Assembly (NCBI GenBank): GCA_951406725.2
Contig: OX597833.1
Coordinates: 9,176,001 to 9,240,000, forward strand
DNA length: 64,000 nucleotides
Direction: 5' to 3'
Source: Octopus vulgaris
Taxonomy: Eukaryota
Shown: piece after piece, positions 1 to 11,190 of the stretch
Numbering within the stretch: the first letter of the stretch is position 1
Layout of the letters: the number at the start of each line of letters is the position of its first letter
Position numbers and translations under genes: made by a program
Notes under the pieces: generated by a model
What the model was told of the DNA's origin: nothing
Database searches by the model: none
Seen by the model: the letters and a program-made list of their open reading frames with translations, nothing else

Positions 1-1030
1 GGAAAGCAAATCTGACAAAAGGTGACCACACCTGCTCACCATTAAAGAAGTGCTGGAGATGTCATAGCCTCAGTACAGGTCTGCATATCAACAGCCCAGA
101 CATGCTCAGTCCTCCATTCAGTGGGTGTTGACAATGGAGCACCTAACCAGTGGAATGCATCCCTTTCACACAAAGTGCAAGAGTAGGTGCTCCAGTCTGG
201 TCAGACATAAACTGGGGCTAGGCATGATGGTTAAGTGGTAAAATATAATGAAGAGGATGTATGCATTTGCTACCTTTGGCCACCCTGTCAGAGATATAGT
301 TTCTGTCAGTCAATTTCTGGGTAAGATTAGCCACCCTGCTCATCACCTCATCCCAATTCTTCTCTACCTCGAAACCAAACCAAATCCCAAGCAATTTAGC
401 TGGTTTTTCTGTCCAGCATGTCACAATGTTATTGGATCTACCTCACTAGGTGCCAATCTGCAGACCCATTGACTCTTCTTCGTTAATTTTTGTCCCTTTC
501 ACCACTTTGTATTCTTTTAGAGCAGTGCTGATTAAGTAATCTATGTGTCTGATGTCTGACACTGTAAGGTAACATCATCTGCATAGGCTGACATGGTCCT
601 CCCACGTGGGATGCCTCTCAACACTTCCATTTTTCACAGCAGTGGCTCTAGAGCTTGTACATACAGAGGAAATGAGGGAGGGTAACCTTGATGGACTGAG
701 TGCATGATGCTGAATGGTTCCAAGAAGTAATCATTCACCCAAACTACCAAGCAGATGTTGCACACTGTGGCAATCTAGCCATGGAAAATGGGACCAAAAC
801 TGGCTGCCAAGTAATGGTGGTCAACCCTATAAAAGGCTTTTGATTGATCCAAATTGATCAGAGCTCCATCCATGCCAAGTTCTTTAGCCATCCTGTCCTT
901 GATGTATTACAAGAATTGCAAGTTGTCATGGATAGGATTGCTTTGAATAGTGCTGCATCTTTGCACATCACAGCTCAGTTCTTCGATCAGCATCTGCCTC
1001 TTTGTTAGCACCTTGACCAAAAGGGGATGA
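1..1030 (-). mobile_element. Decayed Tx1/L1-clade non-LTR retrotransposon, RT region
   Basis: Minus strand gives LINLDQSKAF (~835-865), SVHQGYPPS..YVQALEPLL (QGCPLSP motif), MSAYADDVTL (~565-595), KLLGIWFG..KNWD (ORF 218-424) and a GGL motif near 110; stops and frameshifts present. Confidence 0.8.
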
Positions 1031-1427
1031 TGTTAAAGCAAGGGATGAATTATCACATGGGGATAAATACATCTGAGGGGTTTCAGCACTGTTTCCAGTG
1101 ACCCAAACCAGAGGTTAATTTTAAGCTATGGAAGAAAACCTTTGATCTTAGGAACTATTTCAAATCTTGGAGCAAATCCTGGGAGAAATTAGGGATACAA
1201 CAACAACAACAACAACAATTACCAGAGTGCTGATAAAATGAGAAGAAAGTACTTACTTTCGCTTGGTATCTTGCCACGTCACATAAACAATTGGTTAGTT
1301 TCATTCCAGTGTGAGTTTTTTGGGAGGCAAACATAGAGAATGACAAGTTGCGAGCATCAGAGAAATAATTGATGACCTGGAAAAGAAGTAGAAATGAATG
1401 ATTTTAAATTATTATTCTCATTATTAA

Positions 1428-1600
1428 GGCAATTAGCTGGCAGACTCATTAGCATGCCAAGTGAAATGCTTGGTAGTATTTTGTCCACCATTACATTCTG
1501 AGTTCAAATTCCTCTGAGGTCAACTTTCCCTTTCAATAAAATAAGTAAAGGTCAAGTACTTGGGTCAGTCTAATCAACTCTCCTGCCCCCCCCCCCTCCT
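1428..1600 (+). mobile_element. tRNA-derived SINE family A, decayed copy
   Basis: AGCTGGCAGA..TTAGCATGCC..GAGTTCAAATTC (B-box-like); similar to copies at 13963, 10415, 35045 and 54755. Confidence 0.6.
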
Positions 1601-1934
1601 TAAAAACAATGTAACCTGTATAGAATTAAAGTATTCCCAGCCTGATGATTAGTTAAGTTGAAGACCTCTCGTTGAGTAATTATTACATCAGAGGATCTGT
1701 TGGCTGGGAAACATATGTTGCCTGAATTTTACCTGTTCCACTCCCTCAATTTGGATTTTTATTCACATTTATTCACAACTCTAGTTGTTAACAGTGAACT
1801 CTATAGAAACTTTCAGCTTATTGAATTTCCTTGTAACTTTGAAATGGGAAAATGTGTTTAACCTTTGATGCCAGTAAATTGTTATTGTTGCTGACTGTTT
1901 ACTGTCCACTTTTTGTTTTCAATACCTAAGCACC

Positions 1935-2670
1935 TTGAAAGAAAAGTTGGGCATAAGAGGCATCAAATGTGGTGTGCAAGAGAGATGACTGTGCTGCTAT
2001 GGTCATGTGATGCATATGGACGAGGACAGCTGTGTAAAGAAGTGCTGATGTCTAACTGTGGAGGGAACCTGTGGAAGAGGTAAACCCAGGAAGATATGGG
2101 ATGAGGTGGTGAAGCATGATCTTTGATCAGTGGGCCTCACAGAGGCAATGTCTAGTGACCAAGGCCTTTGGTGATATGCTGTGCTTAAGAGGACCTGTAA
2201 AATCAAATGAAATTGTAGTCATGGCCAATGTCAGTCTTATGCAATTGGCATCTGTGCCAGGAACACTGGAAAAGCACCTCTCAAGTGTTGGGCCTCACCG
2301 AGGCAATGTGGCCGATGCTAGTGTTGTGTAACTGGTACCTGTGCTGGTGGCATGTACAAGGCAATTTTAGAGAGTATTGGGCCTCACGGAAGCAATGACA
2401 AATGACTGAGACCTTTGGCAATATGTCGTGCTTGAGAAGAAGACCAATTTAACCAAGTGAAAACATAATCGTGGCAGATACTGGTGTCATGCAACTGGTA
2501 CCTGTGCTGGTGGCACATAAAAGCACCCAGTACACTTTGTAAAGTGGTTGGCATGTTAGAAAGAGCATCTAGTTGTAGAAACCATGCCAAATCAGACCCT
2601 CAGCTTACCAACCCTGATCAAACCATCCAACCCATGCCAGCACAGACAATGGACGTTAAATAATGATGAT
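1935..2670 (+). mobile_element. RTE LINE 3' portion (PHD-bearing family), 5'-truncated
   Basis: Decayed IKCGVQER..YGHVMHMDEDSCVKKC..TVEGTCGRGKPRKIWDEVVK, then a repetitive 3'UTR ending in a (GAT)n tail; colinear with 62820-63477. Confidence 0.8.
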
Positions 2671-3708
2671 GCCACAGACTGCTTGAAACTTACAAACTTC
2701 CTACACTTGGATCCCTGGATCTTATCAATATATATATCTTTATACACACACACAGTTGTAACAGGTGTGCTTATATGTATACTTGCACATGTACAAGTGT
2801 GTGCGTGTGTGTATGACACTCTATCCCAACCTTTTTATCTCCTTCTCAACTACTTTCACCTATCTCTATATACTGGGTCATCCTATAAATGTGCTTTTTT
2901 ATACTTTTATTTTTCAAAATTAAAATAAACAAAAAGTTCTTTTTTAATCTAAAATATACTCTCCTTCATTTTCTACAATACTCTTCCATCTATCTTGTAG
3001 ACTTGCAAGGCCCCTCTTCCAAAATTCATTTTGTCTGTGACAAAAAATACTCCTCCAGTACTGTTCTGACCTTATTTACAGAATTCATATTTTTTCCATC
3101 CAAAGGATTTTGAAGACTGTAGAATAAATGATAATCAGATGGGGTAATGTCCAGTGAATATGGTGGGTTGGGCATTGTTTCCCATTCAAACTGCTCCAAC
3201 CTTTGGAATGTCATCTTTGCAGTATGTAGCTGAGCATTATCCTGATGAAAGAACACCTTTCGTCTTGAAACCAAAGATGGTCATTTTACTTCTAGCATTG
3301 ACTTAAGCCACTCAAGCTGTTTGCAGTAGATCCCCTTTGTTATCGTTTTGGTTTTGATTTAAAAGTTTAAAGTGGACTAAACCTTTCATATCCCATCAAA
3401 CAGATAACAAAATCTTACATGGGTGAAGACCTTCTTTAGCCTGGAGTGCCAGTGTTTCTCCTTTCCCTACCCACTGTATTCAGCGCTTGACATTTTTATA
3501 GAGAACCCGTTTCTCATCACCAGTTACTATTCAGTCCAAAAAAGGTTTATTAGTCAGGCGTGACAGCTTGGAATTGAACTCAGAATCTTGGGGTTAGTAG
3601 CCTGCGCTCTTAACCACTATACTATATGCTGGTGGGCAATTATGGAGTGAATTTTTAGGGCTTATAAATCTAATATTATTTTTCTATCTTTCCTTAATAC
3701 CGCAGTGA

Positions 3709-3739
<31 letters not shown>

Positions 3740-3743
<4 letters not shown>

Positions 3744-4337
3744 GCCCTGATGCAGTATAAATGCCCTGATGCAGTAATAAATGCCCTGATGCAGTACCAG
3801 GCAGTGGCTCTCATGGCTTCTGATCTTAACTGATTGGAAGTGTTATCATGTACATTGTTTTGTCTTGGTATAAAAGATGGGCTACAGCAAATATTCTGCT
3901 CAATACCACAGATTTGCTTATCAGTTGTTTGACCGTAATCAGTTGAGCATGTCCCTTAGTGGCTGATGATATGTGCATCTCTGATCACGAGCAGAAGTAG
4001 TGGGGGAGCATCATAGCCATGTGTTGAGAGGGATTCTTTGGGGTTTGAATAATTCACCTCTGGAAACATGGGTGGTTTTTTTCAACATCCTTAAACAACC
4101 CTTATTCAGGGACCGTTTGAGCGGGATGGGCTACTCAACCTGAAGAAAATTCTAACTGGGCCCCACCTGCGAGGTCATGTGCTGTTTATCTTGATATGAG
4201 ATCACTATGTCGCGCACATTTGGTTGTAATACATGTGCCTGGTGTACCCTTATCAGACGGGTAGTCATGATGGGTATATTGGGCTTTGTATATTTTACCC
4301 CAGTGTCACTTTGATGGCATGAACTGCTCTCTCACTC
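3740..4337. repeat. Non-coding ~600 bp interspersed repeat inserted in (AAT)n
   Basis: More GC-rich block flanked by (AAT)n on both sides; left terminus ATAAATGCCCTGATGCAGT is present three times in tandem. Confidence 0.55.
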
Positions 4338-4416
4338 AATAATAATAATAATAATAATGATAATAACATCGAAAAAATACCTTAGGAATGAGAACCCAGG
4401 TTCGAAATTTCCCCAA

Positions 4417-4462
4417 GACACCTGATGAAGGCTGGAGGGTAAATCAGCCAAAACATTGTGTT
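4417..4462 (+). ncRNA. Minimal type-I hammerhead ribozyme motif (decayed), Penelope-like
   Basis: GACAC-CTGATGA-A-GGCTG(gagggtaaat)CAGCC-AAAAC-ATT-GTGTT: stems I and II pair; the expected GAAAC/GTT appears as AAAAC/ATT, both explicable as CpG-to-CpA decay. Confidence 0.65.
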
Positions 4463-5127
4463 AACAACAAACAAGATGAAGACAAATATCCGTCAAATGT
4501 GAATAATGCACATAATCCCTCATCTCTTGAATATGGAAATGTAGACTCAGAAAGTTTGTGAGGAACCCATTGACCCAATTTGCTGACTTTACTGATGACA
4601 TGCAGGTGTCGATGAATGGTTGAATGACCAAATCCAAGCTTCTCTGCTTTGTTCCTCAACAGTTATGATGGGATTTTGATCCACCAGGGTTTGCAAGACA
4701 TCCTTATTGAGCTCTACAAATCTTCCAGGATGAAGCTCATCTTCTAGGCTGTAGTTTCTGGAGGAGGAGGAGGACGATGACGACGACCCCCCCCCCCACC
4801 AACAACACCACCACCTTGAGTTAGTGCTCCAGTGCATTGAACTAGAATGAGGGCTGCTGTTCAGCAGTCACAAAAAAAAAGAAAAGAAAAAAACAGGACA
4901 AACTTTCTAAATGTAGAAATACCAGTGTGTTTGAGGGACCCTGAATGATATGTAACAGTGAGATTTTAATTAAAACTAAATGAGAAAACGTTCACATCCA
5001 GAACTTTCAAATATGTAATTCAAATGTATAATTTTCCATGGAAAAAAATTATTTTGGTATGAAACTGATGAAGCAAAAAGTGTTTATTTGTGTATTCAAG
5101 CTGTGCATGTCACATAGCACTCACAAG

Positions 5128-7863
5128 CAGTGTTGCCACCTTAAATCTGAATTTTATGCTAAATTTCAGTAGAAAAATACCAAAAACATTCCAAAAAATG
5201 CTAAAGACTAATTATATCAAAAAGCTTAATTTTTACTTACATTTTTATTTACTTTCTTTAATTATATTCAACATTGAGAAATAATTTCTTGAATTTCACT
5301 GCTTTGACCCCTTCCAGCTGCAGTATCTAGAATTTGACTTCTGTATACATTCAGGGTCCCAATCTTGTTAATTATGCGTTTTGGAATATCGAAGTCTTTG
5401 CAACATTTGCCATATCTTTTCAGGCCATATTCTATAGACAGTATTGATCTAAGCATAGGAAGATGCATTTTGTTTTTCAATTTTGATTTGATTACTCCCA
5501 TACTACTGAACAACCATTCAACTTCTGCATTTGAGTTTGGCAATGTCAACAGATTAATGGCAAAATTTGTGACATCTCTAAAAGGATTTCCTCCAGTAGC
5601 ATCTTTATATTCCAAGACTTCTAGCCAGAATGCCTCAGTACTAGATGTATTTGTCCATTTAACTAAATGAATGTTATTAAATTGAATTTCAATTGAAGTG
5701 ATTTTTTCTTCATTTAAATGCATTGCTTCAAAGACAGGTAAAATTGGCTCTTTGAAATGCTGCAAAATATTCTCTACTGAAAAACATTTGATATTCCTCA
5801 GTATATTAATATTTCCTGGCAAACCATAAAAGTAGAATAAAAAATTGTTGTGCTCTTTTGCAAATATTATTTTCTTTGGTGGCTGCTGCAGTCTTCTTGA
5901 TAATCATTTCTGCTATCTTTCTCTCAAACCTGAAGCCTAAATTTGGTTTAGAATCCAGAAATGTTTCAATAGAAGCATCCGGATCGAGAGGATCAATTCT
6001 ACATGTTGGCGATACTATCATATTAGCAACAGATTTGATCAAATTTGAAAGATCTTCAAGTAATTTTGTTTTGTCGACAGTGTTTGATTCAAATAGTTTA
6101 GTCACTTCCTGAACATGTTTTAAAATCAGATGCAAAAATAAAAGGTAAAGTTCATTCCTAGATCACAAAACATTTCATGTAACGTTTGTGCTGTAAAGCC
6201 TTTTTCTTTGTAGTTTGGAAGTGAGTTTGGATTCAAACCATTGGCTTAAAATTCTATTTACTGCTGGTTCTCTTGACAGCCACCTAGTGGTACAAGAATT
6301 CACAATCTTCAAAGGCTCTTTACCATTGATAGCAAGGTAAAGTTTTTGTAGGCACTTTGTCTTGTTGAAGAATGAGAGAACCATTTATAGATTTTGGATA
6401 CTAAAAGTTCTAAATTTATGGGAAGCATTCAGCAGCAAATATAGGGTACTGCCAACTGTAAAGAATGACATGCCCTTCTAAATAGAAGTAATGATAGAAC
6501 TTCTTTTAATTTCTGGAAAACACCATTGTTGACTCCTATCATTACTCTAGAACAATCAGTTCCTATAGCCAGGAAATGTTTTATATCTAATTTCTTTTTC
6601 ACTAATTCAATTTTTAAGGCATCTACAATGCCATCTGCATCACATGTTTCTAAAGATGCTGAGATATGAATGTACTACTTTTTTGTGAGTGACACTGTAA
6701 TATATGATAACAATTCCTAACAACTTGTTTATCGATATATCATTTGGATTCATCTAATAACAGGCTAAATTTTCTATCTCCTGTATCAGAAATCAAATCT
6801 CCATCAAAATATGGCACTAGAACATTTCTCACACAACAGTTTAGTAAATGCTGGCATCTTAAGCCATACCTTTTGGAATTTTTGCTGGTACAACCTTGTT
6901 TTTTCTTTTCTCATTATAATGTTGTGGGAAGCAAGAAAATAAATTGAATGATTAATAAAAATATAAAACTGAAAATACAACTTATCAGTTTGCTGCTAAC
7001 AATTCCTTCATTCGTTGTCAACAATTCTTATGTTTGCTGCTTACAAATTCTTGAGATGAACAATACTGATTCAGGATGCAGGGTGACCAACTTAGAAATG
7101 GAAAAGTAAAATCTGCAGAAATCCCAAAACTGTGTTCTGATATAAACCTGGGAACATTATACTTTGTTTCCAATCTTACATTTAATATCTATTGGTAAAA
7201 TCACAAATATAACTACAATACTTGAAAAAAAAAAAAAAAAAAAAAGTAAGTAGAAATATAAAGGGGGAAACCCTGCCGTACTTCTATACAAGATATATAA
7301 TCTGAAACAAGCATGAAAAAACACAGGCCTATTTTTAAATAGTCAAACTGAAAGTAAATCAGTCAACCTGTCATGACAAAAACTCATCAGGACAGAATAA
7401 AGCAATGTTAGGACGAATTTGCATGCTTTCATTCTTTGCAACATATTTATGTTATTGTGTAGGGAGTTCAGGTGCTGACATGAGTTATCTCCTCCCCCTC
7501 CCCCCACAAGCCGGTGGCAGAGGCGGTGGGGGGATGCTGGAAAAGTTTATAACTTGATAAACTTCCTTTTGATAAACTTTCATTTGAAGTTTCAAAAAAG
7601 TGAAAGAAAAATTCAACAATAACCGATAGTTCTAAAAATTTGGCTGTAAGATACATTAACGAGAAAGTAGAAAAGGAGGAAAAAGAAGGAAAAAAAGGGT
7701 AACTATTGTGGAAATGTCATGATCAGAGAAGAATGCTAAAAAATGTTAAATAAAATTTTAAACCTGCTATTTTCCCTGCTAAATGCTAGATTCAAAAATT
7801 TTCTGCTAAATGCTGAAAAAAAATGCTAGATTTAGCATAAAATATGCTAAACTGGCAACCCTG
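5128..7863 (-). mobile_element. hAT DNA transposon with both ends, decayed transposase
   Basis: TIRs CAGTGTTGCCA (5128) / TGGCAACCCTG (7863); identical 8-bp TSD CTCACAAG at 5120-5127 and 7864-7871; TGCTAA/TGCTAG subterminal repeats at 7730-7850. Confidence 0.92.
5268..6850 (-). pseudogene. hAT transposase (frameshifted)
   Basis: FSLLLDES (first catalytic D, ~6750), TTRWLS (ORF 6175-6384) and dimerization domain FW..F..VTNFAINLLTLPNSNAEVEWLFSSMGVIKSKLKNKM (ORF 5268-5822), split over several frames. Confidence 0.85.
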
Positions 7864-7944
7864 CTCACAAGTGATATCTGTTAGTAGTGAGAGCTTGTTT
7901 GTTTTCCTCTCCCTGATTTTTTACTGTTATGCAAATTACTTGGT

Positions 7945-8153
7945 AACCTATTAAGTGCTGGTGGCACAAAAAAGGCACCCAACAAAGTCTGTAAAGAGGT
8001 TGGCATTAAGAAGGGCCTCCAGATAAAGAAAATGTATCAAAGATGACCTTGGAGCCTAAGGTGGCTGTGTGGCTTGCTGGATCTTGTCAAACTGTCCCAC
8101 CCATGCCAGCATGGACATTAAGTTATGATGATGATGATGATGATGATGATGAT
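7945..8153 (+). mobile_element. RTE 3'-terminal fragment with (GAT)n tail
   Basis: GTGCTGGTGGCAC..AAGGCACCC..GGTTGGCATTAAGAAGGGC..CCCATGCCAGCATGGA..(GAT)n, shared with 2500-2670 and 63290-63477. Confidence 0.7.
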
Positions 8154-8874
8154 CTTACACACACACACAGGTGTAACAGGTGTACTTACAAAGTAATCTT
8201 CTGTTTTGGTTCCAGATTCATATTTGATGTCAGAAATCTTGGGTGGTGGACTGCCTGGCTCTAATTTTTCTATCTTTATCTGGACAGGGCCCTTCAATTA
8301 GAAAACAAAAACATTTGAAAATACACCAAAAGAAAAACTACAAAGCAATGTCATACAGAAATATGGTTTATCTTCAACTTCACACCTTAAACTTCCCATT
8401 AGTCCATCTTTGCTGTTATTATTCATATATTTAGTCCCTTTCCCCGCTGCTTATTCAGTTCTTAGCCATGGTTTCATCATTCCATCATAATTTCTCTTCA
8501 CTGGATTAGATCTGCTGATGGCAAGCTATGTATTATAGATTAGGCAAGAGGCATGATGTAATTACTTCACGTTCTAGAGTTAGAAGTCAAATCTCTCCCA
8601 AATCTGATTTTAAAAAAGAACATCTGCAATAATGTAATCCTGAATATTGTAAGTCTGAAGAGATGGGACTGATATATTGAGATTGTCCACTGATGATAAG
8701 TGTATCGGACCAAAATTGAGCCAGAGATAAATAGCAATGACATTGTTACTTCTGTGTTAATGAGATGAGAGTAAATCAAGGATTGATCCCAATAAACCCT
8801 GATAATAACAATAAACCAGCCCTCCATTTCTCTAGGACCCACTTAGTTAATAATGAATTTTCCCTGTGATTATT

Positions 8875-9040
8875 TGAGATAGCAGCCAAATCCCATTCAA
8901 ATCCAACTCATCCATTCATATAAAAGACATGACAAAACAGGTCAGATACTACATTGTGCATGGAAACAAAATTGGGAAAGCCATGATTAGAGTGATTTTA
9001 TGATCAAAGCTGACCTAGAGGTTGAACTAAAAAAACAGCT
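8875..9040 (+). repeat. Old SINE-like repeat family; related pieces at ~16380-16480, ~32935-33020 and ~48205-48420
   Basis: Loose by-eye similarity (GCCAAAT..ATGGTYAYRGCTGGAATG..TTTGAT..CTAAAC-AACAAC) among four loci; highly diverged. Confidence 0.35.
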
Positions 9041-9413
9041 CAGAAGATTTCAGTTTACATTTTGTGGCTGCTCAAACTAATTAATAAAACTGCTTATTAA
9101 CTTTTATTAAAAAAGTGCCCTGATGTAGGTTAAATGGGGACATAGAGGTTACAAATAATATGCCATAGAACAAGCTTAAGTGTCTAAGAAATGTTGGAAA
9201 GAATTTGAAGTTTCATGGAATAAAATTCTAGAGTGTGACAGAGACTTAACGAGAATGGATTACTGTATGATTAAGTTGATGTGGTTGGGAGGGTAAGGGG
9301 ATGTTGCTAGTGGCCAGAATTAATTAAACACAGAACAATTCAATCATGATCAAAAGATGGTGGAACTGACACATAGAACGACATAGTATTTTCAATAGTA
9401 TTTTCAACAAATA

Positions 9414-10650
9414 CAGGGTGCGTAAGATATTTGAGGACAGATTTATGTTTATAAAAAAAAACAAATATATAATAACAGATAACTTTATTTATCAAAAAAT
9501 GCTATGAAGAAAACAATAAACCTTCTTTTCTATAATGTTATTCAATAAAGCCGCCTTCAGCTTCAACAACTGCTTCTATATGAGATCTAAATCATCTACA
9601 TGCTTGAATCAAGTGGTCCTGGTTCATTTTGGACATTACTCTGACTATGGCAGCTTTCAAAGAATATTTGGTGTTATGGGTGTATTCATTGACCTCTCTC
9701 TCTCTCTCTCTCAACAATGTTCCACATGTAATAGTCCAATGGATTGAGATTTGGGGAATTAGGAGACCAAACGTTAGGGGTTATGTGATCACGAACATTT
9801 TCAGCCATCCATTCCTGTGTTACTAGAGCCATGTGTGACACATATGCTGAAACACATATGGCCTATCCAGGGCTTAACAATTGTTTCCAGGACCTCAATG
9901 TAGGTGGCAGAGTTAACTCTTAGGCCTTGTGGAAAGAAGTAAGGAGGCAACATATGTCCTTCATTGCTGACAACCTCTAAAACCATGAGAGTTTGAGGAA
10001 ATTTTGTATGTATTTCACTTGGAAGTTCAGAAGGGTCTGCACATAACCATCTGTCATTTCTTCTGTTAACCTTTTGATCTTGGTCAAATCTTTTTCTGCT
10101 GGATTTTTCATTTTGTTTAAGAGCCTTTAGATCTGATGTAGTAATTTTCTTTTGCTTTTCTGACATAAATTAACCTTTCCTCATTATATAAGACCTGTAT
10201 CTGATGTCTTTGTGGACAACATTTCTGACTGTTCCTTCTGACACATGGAGATCTTTTGCAATTGACTTCATGGACTTTCTGTGATTGTAATCAATGGTCT
10301 TTTGAACTTGTTGGATAAATTCAGGTGTTCTGATGATTTCAGAGTGTTTAGAATGCATTTTATGCTTTGGTACTGGTGCTACATTACCATCTTCAGTCTC
10401 TAACTCCTTACGAACAGCTGGTACTTATTTTATTAATCCCAAAAGGATGAAGAGTGAAGTTGAACCCAGCAGAATTTGAACTCAGAATGAGAAGATGGAC
10501 AAAATGTCATGAAATATTTTGCCTGGTGTGTTAACGATTCTCCCAGCTCTATTCTGCCTAAAAATAAAAAGTAGATATTTCAGATGTTTCAAAAATTTCT
10601 TGTTTATTAAAATTCTGTTTTTTATTCATGTCGGGTCACTTTCAAGTGCT
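9414..10650 (-). mobile_element. Tc1/mariner superfamily transposon (maT/DD37D-like), decayed, interrupted by a SINE
   Basis: TA|CAGGGTG end at 9414; WSPNSPNLNPLDYYMW (~9722-9769); DQKVNRRNDRW..TKFPQTLMVLEVVSNEG..PPYFFPQGLRVN; HTH SMKSIAKDLHVSEGTVRNVV (ORF 10170-10358). Confidence 0.8.
10415..10550 (-). mobile_element. SINE family A copy nested in the Tc1/maT element
   Basis: Reverse complement matches 13963-14100 (GAGCTGG..GTTAAC/GCA..CTGAGTTCAAATTCTGC..AAGTACCAG). Confidence 0.65.
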
Positions 10651-10659
10651 ACTGGTAAC

Positions 10660-11190
10660 ATGTAATCCAATATAACCTGGTCGGGTCGTCGGCAACTAAA
10701 CTGGCAACCCCATCAAGCTTGCTAGGTGAGGAGGGTGGTTGTTGGACACCCTGCAGGACAAAAAATAAAACCCGTTAAAGGGTGAAAGAACTACTGTGTA
10801 GTCAACAACCAATTCAACAAGTACCTTGTCACGGTGAAGTGCCTGTGTGCTCCACTGACCCAGAGAGCTATGCTGGAGGGAGAGAAATCTTCAGGCAGGT
10901 CTTACCAGGCCAGACAGGACGAAGGGTAGGAGACAGACAAAACCTCAACAACGATGAATAGAAGCATCAGCAGCAGGGCATGGATTTAGTAATCGGCAGG
11001 ACCTTAACAGATCAGAATCCTGGCTTTGAACTAGCAGGATGTCATGCAGAGGATCCTGAATGCAAGACAATGGATGAGACCCTAATATTCCTAGTTAGAT
11101 GGAAACTGCGACACCACATTGAGCAGCACCCTGTGATTCCTATATTATGTGCAACTAAAATCCCTATGAAAGGGGCATCCTATGGGACAA
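10660..11190 (+). repeat. GC-richer interspersed repeat, possibly a LINE 5'UTR fragment
   Basis: Sharp compositional block with CpGs and no recognisable domain; the resemblance to RTE 5' leaders is an impression only. Confidence 0.25.

Larger units (their letters stand above)
3571..4544. mobile_element. Composite insertion: tRNA-like end, (AAT)n, nested ~600 bp repeat, (AAT)n, hammerhead-bearing end
   Basis: Interrupts the mariner ORF; A/B-box-like segment on minus at 3571-3630; (AAT)n at 3713-3741 and 4338-4366; hammerhead-like motif at 4417-4462. Confidence 0.6.
2871..4760 (-). mobile_element. Mariner (DD34D-type) transposase pseudogene, split by an insertion at ~3571-4544
   Basis: GQWVPHKLSES (4545-4580), IVTGDEK (~3510-3530), FHQDNA..H and PPYSLDITPSDYHLF (ORF 3026-3274); terminus TA|TACTGGGTCATCC at 2871; 5' end missing. 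Confidence 0.85.

Noticed and set aside
3571-3630. tRNA gene (also the T-arm at ~44718-44735 and the SINE heads)
   Set aside because: Only partial A/B-box sequence, no complete cloverleaf, embedded in repeats.
5268-5822. Possible domesticated hAT/ZBED-like gene
   Set aside because: The transposase is broken by frameshifts and stops and is still flanked by TIRs and a TSD.
10660-10800. HDV-like ribozyme in a putative LINE 5'UTR
   Set aside because: I could not assign the nested double pseudoknot by eye; it needs a descriptor search such as RNArobo.
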